Source: Ignavibacteriota bacterium (lineage in GTDB: Bacteria; Bacteroidota; Ignavibacteria; UBA10030). From it: a stretch of 64,000 nt of DNA. Positions 22,767 to 31,102 of this stretch are shown one piece after another. Position 1 is the stretch's first letter. Each line of letters opens with the position of its first letter. The DNA lies in contig CAVSHO010000007.1 in NCBI GenBank assembly GCA_963727825.1, positions 64,001 to 128,000 of the forward strand, written 5' to 3'. The notes under the pieces were generated by a model. That model saw only the letters and a program-made list of their open reading frames with translations. It searched no databases and was not told the DNA's origin. Made by a program: the position numbers and the translations under genes.

Positions 22767-23678
22767 ATGTTTATGAATAAATCCGTTTCCAAAGGCGAGG
22801 AAAAACCCAAACCCGAAAGTACTACTAATCACAAAAAAGATAATACCGATCACATTGTACGACCCGACCCACCAATCAATGTTATCGTTAAAAAGGAAGG
22901 CCACGACTGGGGGAGCATTGTTGAATGGGTAATGTTGGCGATTACAGCTATAGTAGCAATATTTGCAATGAAGACCGCTCGATACGCCTCTGACCAAGCA
23001 AGTGCTGCTATTGAGTCCAATAAACTCACTTTAAGAGAAATGAACTATCGGCATATAAAAGATTCTATTGACGATATCGCCCAGCACAAAAAAGAACTTA
23101 CATCCTTTGCCCTTGCAGATTCCTCTTTGAGTTTGACAAGACAAAGTAATGTTCTTGCCCAACAAAATTATATCAACGAAAATAGACCCTTTGTTTTCCA
23201 AGAATGTCCAATTCTGGTGCCCAATCTTGACGTAGAATACGCGTACATACCCATTACCAATCATGGAAATACGCCGGCATACAGAGTTCGGATTTCCATA
23301 TTGTTTATACATCATAGCTATCCCAAAGACGATTCTGCTGGTGCGCCCCTCGATCCACGAACATGGATGACCCCAGATACTAATGAAAGAATCTTTGCTC
23401 CAAATTCTCAGGATACGGAAAAAGTCAAGATGGGCGAATTCTGTTCGGATACCTCTAACCCTCAACGACGGTATGTGATTGGGAAGATATTTTATGTGGA
23501 TTATTGGAAAAGACAACATTTCAATACGTTTGCTTACACATACTACAGCATTAGCCATAGTTTTATTAGGATTCCAAAATATGAAAGCACAGACGATCAG
23601 AAACAAACCAACAAACAATCCCGACACACAAAAACCCGCAATCCAAAGTCTCATAGGACGGAACATGCCTTTCCTTGA
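22767..23678 (+). CDS. Hypothetical single-TM protein
   Basis: 303 aa ORF with one hydrophobic segment (WVMLAITAIVAIFA); no family recognised. Confidence 0.55.
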   Translation: MFMNKSVSKGEEKPKPESTTNHKKDNTDHIVRPDPPINVIVKKEGHDWGSIVEWVMLAITAIVAIFAMKTARYASDQASAAIESNKLTLREMNYRHIKDSIDDIAQHKKELTSFALADSSLSLTRQSNVLAQQNYINENRPFVFQECPILVPNLDVEYAYIPITNHGNTPAYRVRISILFIHHSYPKDDSAGAPLDPRTWMTPDTNERIFAPNSQDTEKVKMGEFCSDTSNPQRRYVIGKIFYVDYWKRQHFNTFAYTYYSISHSFIRIPKYESTDDQKQTNKQSRHTKTRNPKSHRTEHAFP

Positions 23679-23806
23679 GGTTATGAAACGAATTTTACGT
23701 GTTAATCCGCAAGAAATAAAATTTCTTAATTGCTGAAAACCCTCTTCAGCGTTTTTCATCTAAAATTTCCCTGTTATTGGTAATGCGTAGTATATAATCA
23801 CGTAAA

Positions 23807-23826
23807 TACCGTAGATGCCTACGGTA
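23807..23826. promoter_or_regulatory. Palindromic operator-like site
   Basis: TACCGTAG-ATGC-CTACGGTA perfect 8 bp dyad, with further TACGGT/TACCGTA half-sites to 23879. Confidence 0.4.
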
Positions 23827-23937
23827 ATCCCTGTATTCCTCAAAATACGGTGAATGAACGATTCGTTTCGATTACCGTAAAGCTATATTACGCCCGTCAC
23901 AAAAGGACCATACTAATTCTTTTGGTGTGTAAATAGT

Positions 23938-24054
23938 ATGAACAGAATTAAAGTTCTTATCGCAGATGATTACGACAATTTCCGTCGGATCATAATTGCC
24001 TTTTTAAAAACGTAAAAAGATATAGAGGTAGTAGGAGAAGCCATCGAGGGGTAA
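23938..24054 (+). pseudogene. Truncated response-regulator receiver remnant
   Basis: Translates as MNRIKVLIADDYDNFRRIIIAFLKT*KDIEVVGEAIEG*; resembles the N-terminus of the regulator at 21875. Confidence 0.75.
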
Positions 24055-24105
24055 GTCAATTTCAGCTATGTCAGAATTAGAGATCAGAAGTGAAAATATA
24101 AAAGA

Positions 24106-25111
24106 GTGGTCACTGTGAAAAGTGATAGACAGACGTATAAAGCAAATAGCCCGCCTATCCCGATGTATGGGATTCCGAAAATCGGAACCTGCAAGCAAGA
24201 TGTTGGATTGGCTAAAAGGGCAAAAGAGCCGATAGGTAGCGATCCTCCCAAAAATCACTCTGCTCGATTGATCGAGTATAATAAATGGATGTGGCATGAG
24301 GAGAAGAGATACTCCCGGCTCTTGACAGAACTGAAGAAAGCTAGTTGGTTCGCCCGCCATGTGCAGCATCACTGCATCCCGTACAGCGGGAATTCAACTT
24401 ATGATGGGTTTATTCAGTCAGATTCGCCTAAAGGCAATCCATCAAGCGGCTTTGCTGAATTTGACGTTGGCGAATTTATTCACCGTATTTTTGATAAACC
24501 GCCAAATGTAAAATGCGATGTCGGCCTAATGCTGGACAAACTTGTGTCATCCGAATTGGAAACAACGAGGTTGACGCAAGATGAAATTCGTAATGGATGT
24601 TGGCTCACGATGGAACAAGAGCTTTTGCAGCATAATAAGCCGCATTTGTTGGATAGCGACAGGTGCTTGGAAAGAACTATTACTCAGCAGTCGATAGCGT
24701 TCCAATATACTGTGTCAGTACCGAAGAATGCATATTTCTCGCAGTACAATGAAAGATGCAATTGAAACTATGCACAGCAATTTGTCTAAATCGTTAAATG
24801 AAAATAGACTTTGGCTTGAAGTCGGTGAAGCATATCAAAATTTTTCAGAATATGATTCCACTGCAGCGACAAACTCAGCCGGACCAACAGCGAGCCGAAG
24901 GATTGGAAATTTGTCTCCCGGACCTCATTGGCATCTGTCTGTTTTGCCAATTCCCTGGAATTCTGTTATGATCGAATCAGTTAGACTCATTTCGCAGCGC
25001 TGGAGAGGAGTTTGCTCTTTCTCTCAAACCATGCGCACTAACCAGAGTGCAGAGAAATACCAAAATGTGTATCCTCTTTGCACTAAAAAACGAAATCGGC
25101 CTGGAGATTGA
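24106..25111 (+). other. Two overlapping ORFs of unknown function, possibly one degraded gene
   Basis: ORFs 24106-24765 and 24728-25111 overlap in different frames; no motif recognised. Confidence 0.3.
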
Positions 25112-25683
25112 CATGCTCAGATCAAACTCAAACCAAACCTGAGCACACCGCAACGGCAATGGGTAATGTAATCGCGCTGTTATTATGGCTGGTGCTCTTG
25201 GGTTTTTCTGCGTACTTCTTATTAACCCAAATTATGCATTAGCTTGTAGAGTCCCCGCCTGCGTCGGGCAGGCGATCACCAGATCAGACAATGATGTTAA
25301 CATTGTTTCATCCAGTCGGTGACTGGATTCTACACCAAATCGGTTATCATTCACCTTTCCCATATTCTATCATTTCAATAACATATGCCCCTCTTTTATT
25401 TCTAATGAATGGTTTGGGATTAATCAAAAACAATATAGTTTTTGCGAGTCGCGTCCCGCATAAGCGGAGCGAGATTTTGTTCGTCTAATCTTATTTGTAC
25501 AATAAATCTAACCCTATGCTTGAGATTTGATTTTTAAGTCAAGTCTGAAATACCAATAAAATATTCTCGGCACATCACTACACCGGATTAATAGTATTCC
25601 GTATAGTACCTCTTGAAGTCCAATCATATTATCTCTATTTTGTTTCAAACATTATTGTTTTTCATTTTCTTGGATATCAACAA

Positions 25684-27519
25684 ATGAAATCTTTCAAGGA
25701 ACGGCTTCAAAACGAAATCATTGTATTTGACGGCGGAACGGGAACCTATCTGTATGATAAAGGCGTCTTCATCAATCGATGTTTTGAAGAACTAATTATT
25801 ACTAATCCAGAATTGGTGACAGAAGTACATCGAGATTATATCAACGCCGGCGCAGACGTAATTGAAACGAATACTTTTGGTGCAAACAGATTTCGGCTTG
25901 CGGCACATGGGCTTGAATTAAAAGTGTATGAGCTCAATTATCAAGGCGCTCAATTAGCAAAAATGGCTGCGAAAGATAATGCGCTTGTAGCCGGAGCAAT
26001 TGGTCCGCTTGGCATCCAAATCGAGCCATTTGGGAAAATATCATACGATGAAGCGAAAAATGCTTTTACAGAACAGGCTAAGGGTTTGCTCGATGGCGGA
26101 GTCGATGTTATTGTTTTCGAAACATTTAGTATGATAGAAGAAATTGTGCAAGGTGTACGTGCCGTACGCGAACTGAACATAGACATTCCTATTATCGCAC
26201 AGGTTACAATCAATAATGACGGCGGATTGCTCTCAGGCGAGACACTGGAAAGATTTGTTGAGACAATTTCTAAATATCAGGTTGATGCGATTGGAATGAA
26301 TTGCTCTGAAGGTCCAAAACTTATGTTAGAATCGCTTGAACGTCTGCGGGAATTAACAACGCTTCCACTTTCTGTTCAGCCAAATGCAGGCCTTCCTCAG
26401 AACATTGGTGGTAGAAATCTTTATATGACCTCACCAGAATATATGGCAGAATATGCAAAGCGATTTATACAAACTGGTGCATCCATTATTGGAGGATGCT
26501 GTGGAACCAATCCGTCGCACATTAAAGCAATCCGCCGTGCCGTGCAAGCTTTGCAGCCAGCAAAGAGAATGGATGTAAAAAGCGAATCGCTCGTAATAGA
26601 AAAGCCAGCAGAAGTTAATGTTTGTCCAGGAGAGGAAAAGTCACGCCTGTCCAAGATGCTTGTACAGGGAAAATTCGTGAAATTAGTTGAGCTTGTTTCG
26701 CCTAAAGGAATCTCTTTAGATAAAGAAGTTGCTAAAGCACTGACATTATTTGAGCATGGTATTGATGCTATTAATATTCCAGATGGACCTCGCGCATCAG
26801 CACGGATGTCGGCTTTGGCGATGGCGGTGCGGATTCATAACGAAGTTGGCATTGAACCGGTACTTCATATCGCCTGCCGCGATCGCAATATTATTGGAAT
26901 GCAATCGGATTTATTAGGTGCATGGGCACTTGGTATTCGTAATGTTCTTGCGATCACCGGTGATCCGCCAAAACTTGGAAATTATCCAGATGCAACCGCC
27001 GTATTTGATGTCGATTCTATAGGATTGACAAATCTCATTAACCGGCTTAATCATGGATTAGATTTTGTTAATAATCCCATCGGTCAACCAACTGGGTTTT
27101 CAATAGCCGTTGGCGTAAATCCGGGTGCTATTAATCTTGATGAAGAGTTGCGCCGTCTTGATTGGAAAATCCAAGCTGGTGCTGAATATATGATAACTCA
27201 GCCGGTCTTTGATTTACGTATTCTCGAAAAATTTCTAAAAAGAATAGAACATATCAAGTTACCGGTTCTCTGCGGCATATGGCCTTTGGTCTCGTATCGA
27301 AATGCAGAATTTATGAACAATGAAGTACCGGGTGCCTCTGTGCCTGCTGAGATTCTAGACCGCATGCGCAAAGCAAAATCAAAGGAAGAAGCATTTTATG
27401 AGGGAATTAAAATTGCAAAAGAGACGTATCAACAAGTGCGCTCCGAAGTGAACGGAGCCCAATTTGCCGCGCCACTCGGTAGAATTGATGCTGTTATAAT
27501 GATGCTTGAAGATTCATAA
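25684..27519 (+). CDS. yitJ: Bifunctional homocysteine S-methyltransferase / methylenetetrahydrofolate reductase
   Basis: DGGTGT, AGADVIETNTFGAN, MNCS, PNAGLP and GGCCGT in the HMT domain; C-terminal MTHFR domain (CRDRN, TGDPP, ITQPVFD). Confidence 0.92.
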   Translation: MKSFKERLQNEIIVFDGGTGTYLYDKGVFINRCFEELIITNPELVTEVHRDYINAGADVIETNTFGANRFRLAAHGLELKVYELNYQGAQLAKMAAKDNALVAGAIGPLGIQIEPFGKISYDEAKNAFTEQAKGLLDGGVDVIVFETFSMIEEIVQGVRAVRELNIDIPIIAQVTINNDGGLLSGETLERFVETISKYQVDAIGMNCSEGPKLMLESLERLRELTTLPLSVQPNAGLPQNIGGRNLYMTSPEYMAEYAKRFIQTGASIIGGCCGTNPSHIKAIRRAVQALQPAKRMDVKSESLVIEKPAEVNVCPGEEKSRLSKMLVQGKFVKLVELVSPKGISLDKEVAKALTLFEHGIDAINIPDGPRASARMSALAMAVRIHNEVGIEPVLHIACRDRNIIGMQSDLLGAWALGIRNVLAITGDPPKLGNYPDATAVFDVDSIGLTNLINRLNHGLDFVNNPIGQPTGFSIAVGVNPGAINLDEELRRLDWKIQAGAEYMITQPVFDLRILEKFLKRIEHIKLPVLCGIWPLVSYRNAEFMNNEVPGASVPAEILDRMRKAKSKEEAFYEGIKIAKETYQQVRSEVNGAQFAAPLGRIDAVIMMLEDS

Positions 27520-27740
27520 AAATAAATGGAGTATTAATTTTAAAGTATTAGTGTGAAAGAAATTTATATGTCTTCAATATTTCCCAAAATTCAGCATGAA
27601 ACCGGTTGATACTTCGCTGTGAAGGATTCCCAAATGCACCACTACCCAAATTGCGGGTGAATTGATTATTTGTTATCATTCAATAACTAAAAAAATACAC
27701 GAGAATTAATATTTTTATTTCTAATAAAAGGAAAATCAAT

Positions 27741-29558
27741 ACGTCTTATAAAAGTCTTTATAGCGCCTTAGTTACTCTCGTTATTACGTTATTTGCATGC
27801 GCTTATGGCGATAATAATATTCTAACTAATCCAGGATTTGAAAGAGGAAAGAACGGCTGGTTCGATCGGACTTGTGCAATTGAACCTGTATCATCACCGG
27901 TTCACAGTGGTACTGGTGCTATGAAGGTCGTTAATAGACTAATGAATTGGCAGGGAATAAAACAATCGGTGTTCGGTAAATTGGTACAAGGGAAAATCTA
28001 TAAAGTTTCGGGGTGGGTAAGACTCGACAATGCAAAAAGCGATACGGTCGCTATATCTTTCGAACAGCAAGATGACAGCGGTACAAAGTATATTGGTGTA
28101 GCGCGGGCTGCCGCTTCGGATACTAACTGGACTTTGTTATCCGGCGAATTTACTTTAAAAGTTACAGGAACATTAGCAGTACTGGATGTGTACTTTGAAG
28201 GCCCTGTGTCAGGTGTTAACTTTTATGTTGATGATGCGAGTGTATTCGGTCCCGAGGTTGATGCTCCGAAGGTAATACCTGCTGATCCCAACGGAAAAGG
28301 TATAATAGATGTCAACACACGATATCAAAAAATTGAAGGCTTCGGTGCTTCAGGAGCTTGGCATACAAAAGAATTAGTAAATCATAAGAAGAAGGACGAG
28401 CTGTATAATTTGCTCTTCAAAGAACTTGGCCTCGATATATTCCGTATAGGCAATTATTACGATATAGATTCAGTTTCCTTCAATGAGACGATGGAAATAG
28501 CCAGATGCGGTGAATCCGCTCTAAAGAGAAATTTAAAGATTATGATATCATCGTGGTCGCCTCCGCCTTACATGAAAAGCAACGGAAAAATAATCGGTGG
28601 AACTCTGAAAAAGAAAAACAGAAAATTTGTCTATGATGAATTTGCGGAATGGTGGACTAAAAGCGTAATTGCCTGTACAAAAGCGGGTGTAAAGATAGAT
28701 TATATAAATATACAGAATGAGACTGACTATGAAGCTCCATGGAATTCATGTGTTTTTTCTCCTTCAGAAAATGTTGATACAAACATTGCCGCCTATAACA
28801 AAGCTTTCGAAGCAGTCTGGCAAAAAATGAACGCTTCAATGGGTTCGAACATGCCGAAAATGCTTGCTCCGGAAACATCCAGTTTAGGCAATGCTAAAAA
28901 GTACATAGAATGTTTAAGCAACCCATCCCATATCTATGCTTATGCTACACATCTCTACGATTGCAGTGGATGCGGTTCCGCTCCCGACAGGTTTATTCCA
29001 AGTATGGGCAGCTTCAATAATTTTGTCGTGCAGCATATCAACAAGCCGATATTTCAGACAGAGTTCGAAGACGGACCCAGCCTATGGACAAATGCAATCA
29101 GCGCAGCATTAGTGATACATAATGCTTTGACCGTGGAAAAAGTATCCGCTTATTTATACTGGGATTTATTCTGGGGTCCGGGAACAGCTCTGGTCAGCAT
29201 GAACGATTCAACCTCATATACCATTAAACCGGCATATTATACTTTCAAGCAATATTCAGCGTTTATAGATGCTGATTGGCAGCGCGTGGAAGCATCGACC
29301 GACAACACCGGTCTGAGGATTTCTGCATACATCAGTCCGGACAATAAAAAACTGACAGCAGTTATTATAAATACTACTGATAGCACGAATATTTCTTTTA
29401 ATCTATCTGTCAATAATTTCATTATTTCCAAAGGTGAAATTTACAGATCGAGCCAGAATGAAAACTGCGCCCTGATCGGTAGTTATAACAGGAAAACTCC
29501 GTTGGAAATACCTGCAAATTCCGTTACTACCTTATCGTTAACTTACAATAAGAAGTAG
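27741..29558 (+). CDS. Secreted CBM4/9 + GH30 glycoside hydrolase (xylanase-like); start codon non-canonical or damaged
   Basis: Frame open from 27687; signal peptide plus NILTNPGFE (CBM_4_9) upstream of the called ATG 27921; GH30 motifs YQKIEGFGAS, SSWSPP, IQNE, FQTE, AYLYW. Confidence 0.8.
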   Translation, partial: TSYKSLYSALVTLVITLFACAYGDNNILTNPGFERGKNGWFDRTCAIEPVSSPVHSGTGAMKVVNRLMNWQGIKQSVFGKLVQGKIYKVSGWVRLDNAKSDTVAISFEQQDDSGTKYIGVARAAASDTNWTLLSGEFTLKVTGTLAVLDVYFEGPVSGVNFYVDDASVFGPEVDAPKVIPADPNGKGIIDVNTRYQKIEGFGASGAWHTKELVNHKKKDELYNLLFKELGLDIFRIGNYYDIDSVSFNETMEIARCGESALKRNLKIMISSWSPPPYMKSNGKIIGGTLKKKNRKFVYDEFAEWWTKSVIACTKAGVKIDYINIQNETDYEAPWNSCVFSPSENVDTNIAAYNKAFEAVWQKMNASMGSNMPKMLAPETSSLGNAKKYIECLSNPSHIYAYATHLYDCSGCGSAPDRFIPSMGSFNNFVVQHINKPIFQTEFEDGPSLWTNAISAALVIHNALTVEKVSAYLYWDLFWGPGTALVSMNDSTSYTIKPAYYTFKQYSAFIDADWQRVEASTDNTGLRISAYISPDNKKLTAVIINTTDSTNISFNLSVNNFIISKGEIYRSSQNENCALIGSYNRKTPLEIPANSVTTLSLTYNKK

Positions 29559-29623
29559 ATAGTTAGTTAATGACCGTGAATAAAGTTCAGCAAAAGCAGT
29601 GATTACTTGCCATAACTTTACCG

Positions 29624-29652
29624 TTGCGATGCGAGACATTCATTCGTATATT
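29624..29652 (+). promoter_or_regulatory. Sigma70-type promoter upstream of the tRNA-Ser cluster
   Basis: TTGCGA-17 bp-TATATT. Confidence 0.5.
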
Positions 29653-29854
29653 TTAATATATGTCGTAAAAAAATATTACCTCGTAGAAGTTGGCGTTGAA
29701 AGTTCTCAGTATTAGAAGTTTTGTCTCTCTCGGCGATTTTATTCTGGTCGATATGAAAAGCTGTTCAATAAGGTGATCAGTGAAGTAATCAGTAAACACT
29801 AATCACTTGTGACACGATAGAAAAATAAGTGGCAAAAATAAAAGTATTTAACCT

Positions 29855-29970
29855 GGAGAGCTGGCAGAACGGTCCGTCGTCATCGCTGTGCGATGACGGA
29901 CGAGATCTCGTTCCGCTAAAAGCGGAACGGACTATTGCATCCCGACATAAAGTCGGGACGGACGTAAGCC
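29855..29970 (+). pseudogene. Degenerate 5' copy of tRNA-Ser(TGA) interrupted by palindromic inserts
   Basis: GGAGAGCTGGCAGAACGG (29855-72) | insert | CTATTGCA (29932-39) | insert remnant | CGTAAGCC (29963-70); all three pieces match the intact gene at 29996. Confidence 0.85.
29873..29931. mobile_element. 59 bp double-hairpin insert I1
   Basis: TC-CGTCGTCATCGC-TGT-GCGATGACGGACG-AGATCT-CGTTCCGCT-AAA-AGCGGAACG-GA at GG^CTA of the D-loop. Confidence 0.8.
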
Positions 29971-29995
29971 AATAAGTTGGAAAGAAATAGTATTT

Positions 29996-30078
29996 GGAGA
30001 GCTGGCAGAACGGCTATTGCACCAGTCTTGAAAACTGGCGGGCGTAAGCCCTTGGGGGTTCGAATCCCTCGCTCTCCG
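29996..30078 (+). tRNA. tRNA-Ser(TGA)
   Basis: GGAGAGC acceptor stem pairs with GCTCTCC; anticodon arm CCAGT-CTTGAAA-ACTGG; long variable arm; GTTCGAATCC T-loop; CCA not encoded. Confidence 0.96.
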
Positions 30079-30144
30079 CAATTATAATTATCAAATTGCT
30101 TTTCGGGGTTCTTTTTACTTAATTAAATCAAACAAATTCAGCTC

Positions 30145-30227
30145 GGAGAGATGGCCGAGTGGTCCGTTCCGATCTGTGATCGGAACGAGATCTCGTCCCG
30201 ACAAAGTCGGGACGGACTGAAGGCGCA
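30145..30227 (+). pseudogene. Degenerate 5' copy of tRNA-Ser(GCT) interrupted by insert I2
   Basis: GGAGAGATGGCCGAGTGG | insert | CTGAAGGCGCA; the leader AATTCAGCTC (30135-44) is also repeated at 30493-30502. Confidence 0.85.
30163..30216. mobile_element. 54 bp double-hairpin insert I2
   Basis: TC-CGTTCCGATC-TGT-GATCGGAACG-AGATCT-CGTCCCGAC-AAA-GTCGGGACG-GA at GG^CTG of the D-loop. Confidence 0.8.
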
Positions 30228-30230
30228 AAG

Positions 30231-30470
30231 ATGAAAGTTTTTGTTTATATCTTGTTCTCTGAAAAGTTTGGAAAGACTTATGTTGGTCAGACTTCTGATA
30301 TTCAGAAAAGAATTACCATGCATAATGCTGGGCGAGTTAAGTCTACAAAAAGATATGCTCCTTGGAAGTTAATTCATTCAGAAGAATTTGATTCAAGGGG
30401 TGAAGCTATGGCAAAGGAAGAATGGTATAAATCTTCTTCTGGAAGGAAAAGTATACAAAAGTTTATTTAA
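30231..30470 (+). CDS. Small GIY-YIG endonuclease 1 (UPF0213/SLX1-like)
   Basis: FVYIL..TYVGQT..KRITMHN..STKRYAPWKL..EAMAKE; conserved Tyr, Arg, His and Glu present. Confidence 0.9.
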   Translation: MKVFVYILFSEKFGKTYVGQTSDIQKRITMHNAGRVKSTKRYAPWKLIHSEEFDSRGEAMAKEEWYKSSSGRKSIQKFI

Positions 30471-30502
30471 TTAATTTTTGAAATTGTAACATAATTCAGC
30501 TC

Positions 30503-30591
30503 GGAGAGATGGCCGAGTGGCTGAAGGCACAGGTTTGCTAAACCTGCATAGTGGGTAACTGCTATCGAGGGTTCGAATCCCTCTCTCTCCG
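30503..30591 (+). tRNA. tRNA-Ser(GCT)
   Basis: GGAGAGA/TCTCTCC acceptor stem; anticodon arm CAGGT-TTGCTAA-ACCTG; long variable arm; GTTCGAATCC T-loop. Confidence 0.96.
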
Positions 30592-30599
30592 CTTGTGAG

Positions 30600-30923
30600 A
30601 TGAGTTATTTCGTTTATCTGCTTTGGTCGATTCGATCAAAACGCACATATGTCGGACAAACGGATGATATCGATAATCGCCTAAAACGACATAATGCAGG
30701 ATATATTCGATCCACTAAAGCATATCGTCCTTGGGTATTGGTCCATATAGAATTGTATTCAACTCGTTCAGAAGCGATGAAGAGAGAAATATGGTTGAAG
30801 AGCCCGACAGGTAGGAAATCGATAGTTAAGATTATTGGAAAATGGCAAGAGAAAGGTTTGTCCGTTCCGTTGTCAGAGACAACGGAACGAGATCGCGATC
30901 CCGCAGGAGCGGGATCGGACTAA
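30600..30923 (+). CDS. Small GIY-YIG endonuclease 2 (UPF0213/SLX1-like)
   Basis: FVYLL..TYVGQT..NRLKRHN..STKAYRPWVL..EAMKRE; C-terminal tail reads through the tRNA duplicate and insert I3. Confidence 0.9.
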   Translation: MSYFVYLLWSIRSKRTYVGQTDDIDNRLKRHNAGYIRSTKAYRPWVLVHIELYSTRSEAMKREIWLKSPTGRKSIVKIIGKWQEKGLSVPLSETTERDRDPAGAGSD

Positions 30924-30973
30924 ACCTGCATAGTGGGTAACTGCTATCGAGGGTTCGAATCCCTCTCTCTCCG
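30854..30973 (+). pseudogene. 3' copy of tRNA-Ser(GCT) with an insert in the anticodon
   Basis: AGGTTTG | insert | CTAAACCTGCATAGTGGGTAACTGCTATCGAGGGTTCGAATCCCTCTCTCTCCG; identical to 30531-30591 once the insert is removed. Confidence 0.88.
30861..30919. mobile_element. 59 bp double-hairpin insert I3
   Basis: TC-CGTTCCGTTGTC-AGA-GACAACGGAACG-AGATCG-CGATCCCGC-AGGA-GCGGGATCG-GA at G^CT of the anticodon. Confidence 0.8.
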
Positions 30974-30981
30974 CTGGTAAG

Positions 30982-31038
30982 ATGAGTTATTTTGTATATC
31001 TGCTAAGGTCGATACGATCAAAGCAAACATATGTTGGA
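30982..31038 (+). pseudogene. 5' remnant of a third GIY-YIG gene
   Basis: ATGAGTTATTTTGTATATCTGCTAAGGTCGATACGATCAAAGCAAACATATGTTGGA (MSYFVYLLRSIRSKQTYVG), a diverged copy of 30600-30656. Confidence 0.8.
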
Positions 31039-31102
31039 CTAAACCTGCATAGTGGGTAACTGCTATCGAGGGTTCTCCCGGCAAGTCGGGACTCTCTCTC
31101 TG
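31039..31102 (+). pseudogene. Second 3' copy of tRNA-Ser(GCT) with part of the T-arm replaced by a hairpin
   Basis: CTAAACCTG...GAGGGTTC, then TCCCGGCAAGTCGGGA (31076-91) in place of GAATCC, then CTCTCTCTCTG. Confidence 0.8.

Noticed and set aside
23031-23759. 242 aa minus-strand ORF
   Set aside because: It is antisense to the 303 aa plus-strand ORF and has no motif; probably a shadow ORF.
25490-25683. SAM riboswitch upstream of yitJ
   Set aside because: No SAM-I core motifs or terminator are recognisable in the AT-rich leader.
30503-30591. Amber-suppressor or Pyl tRNA (CTA visible in the loop)
   Set aside because: The 7 nt loop TTGCTAA centres on GCT, which makes it an ordinary tRNA-Ser.
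30854-30973. Intron-containing tRNA (group I or BHB type)
   Set aside because: The insert is only 59 bp with no group I core, and the interrupted copy lacks the tRNA 5' half, so splicing could not give a complete tRNA in cis.
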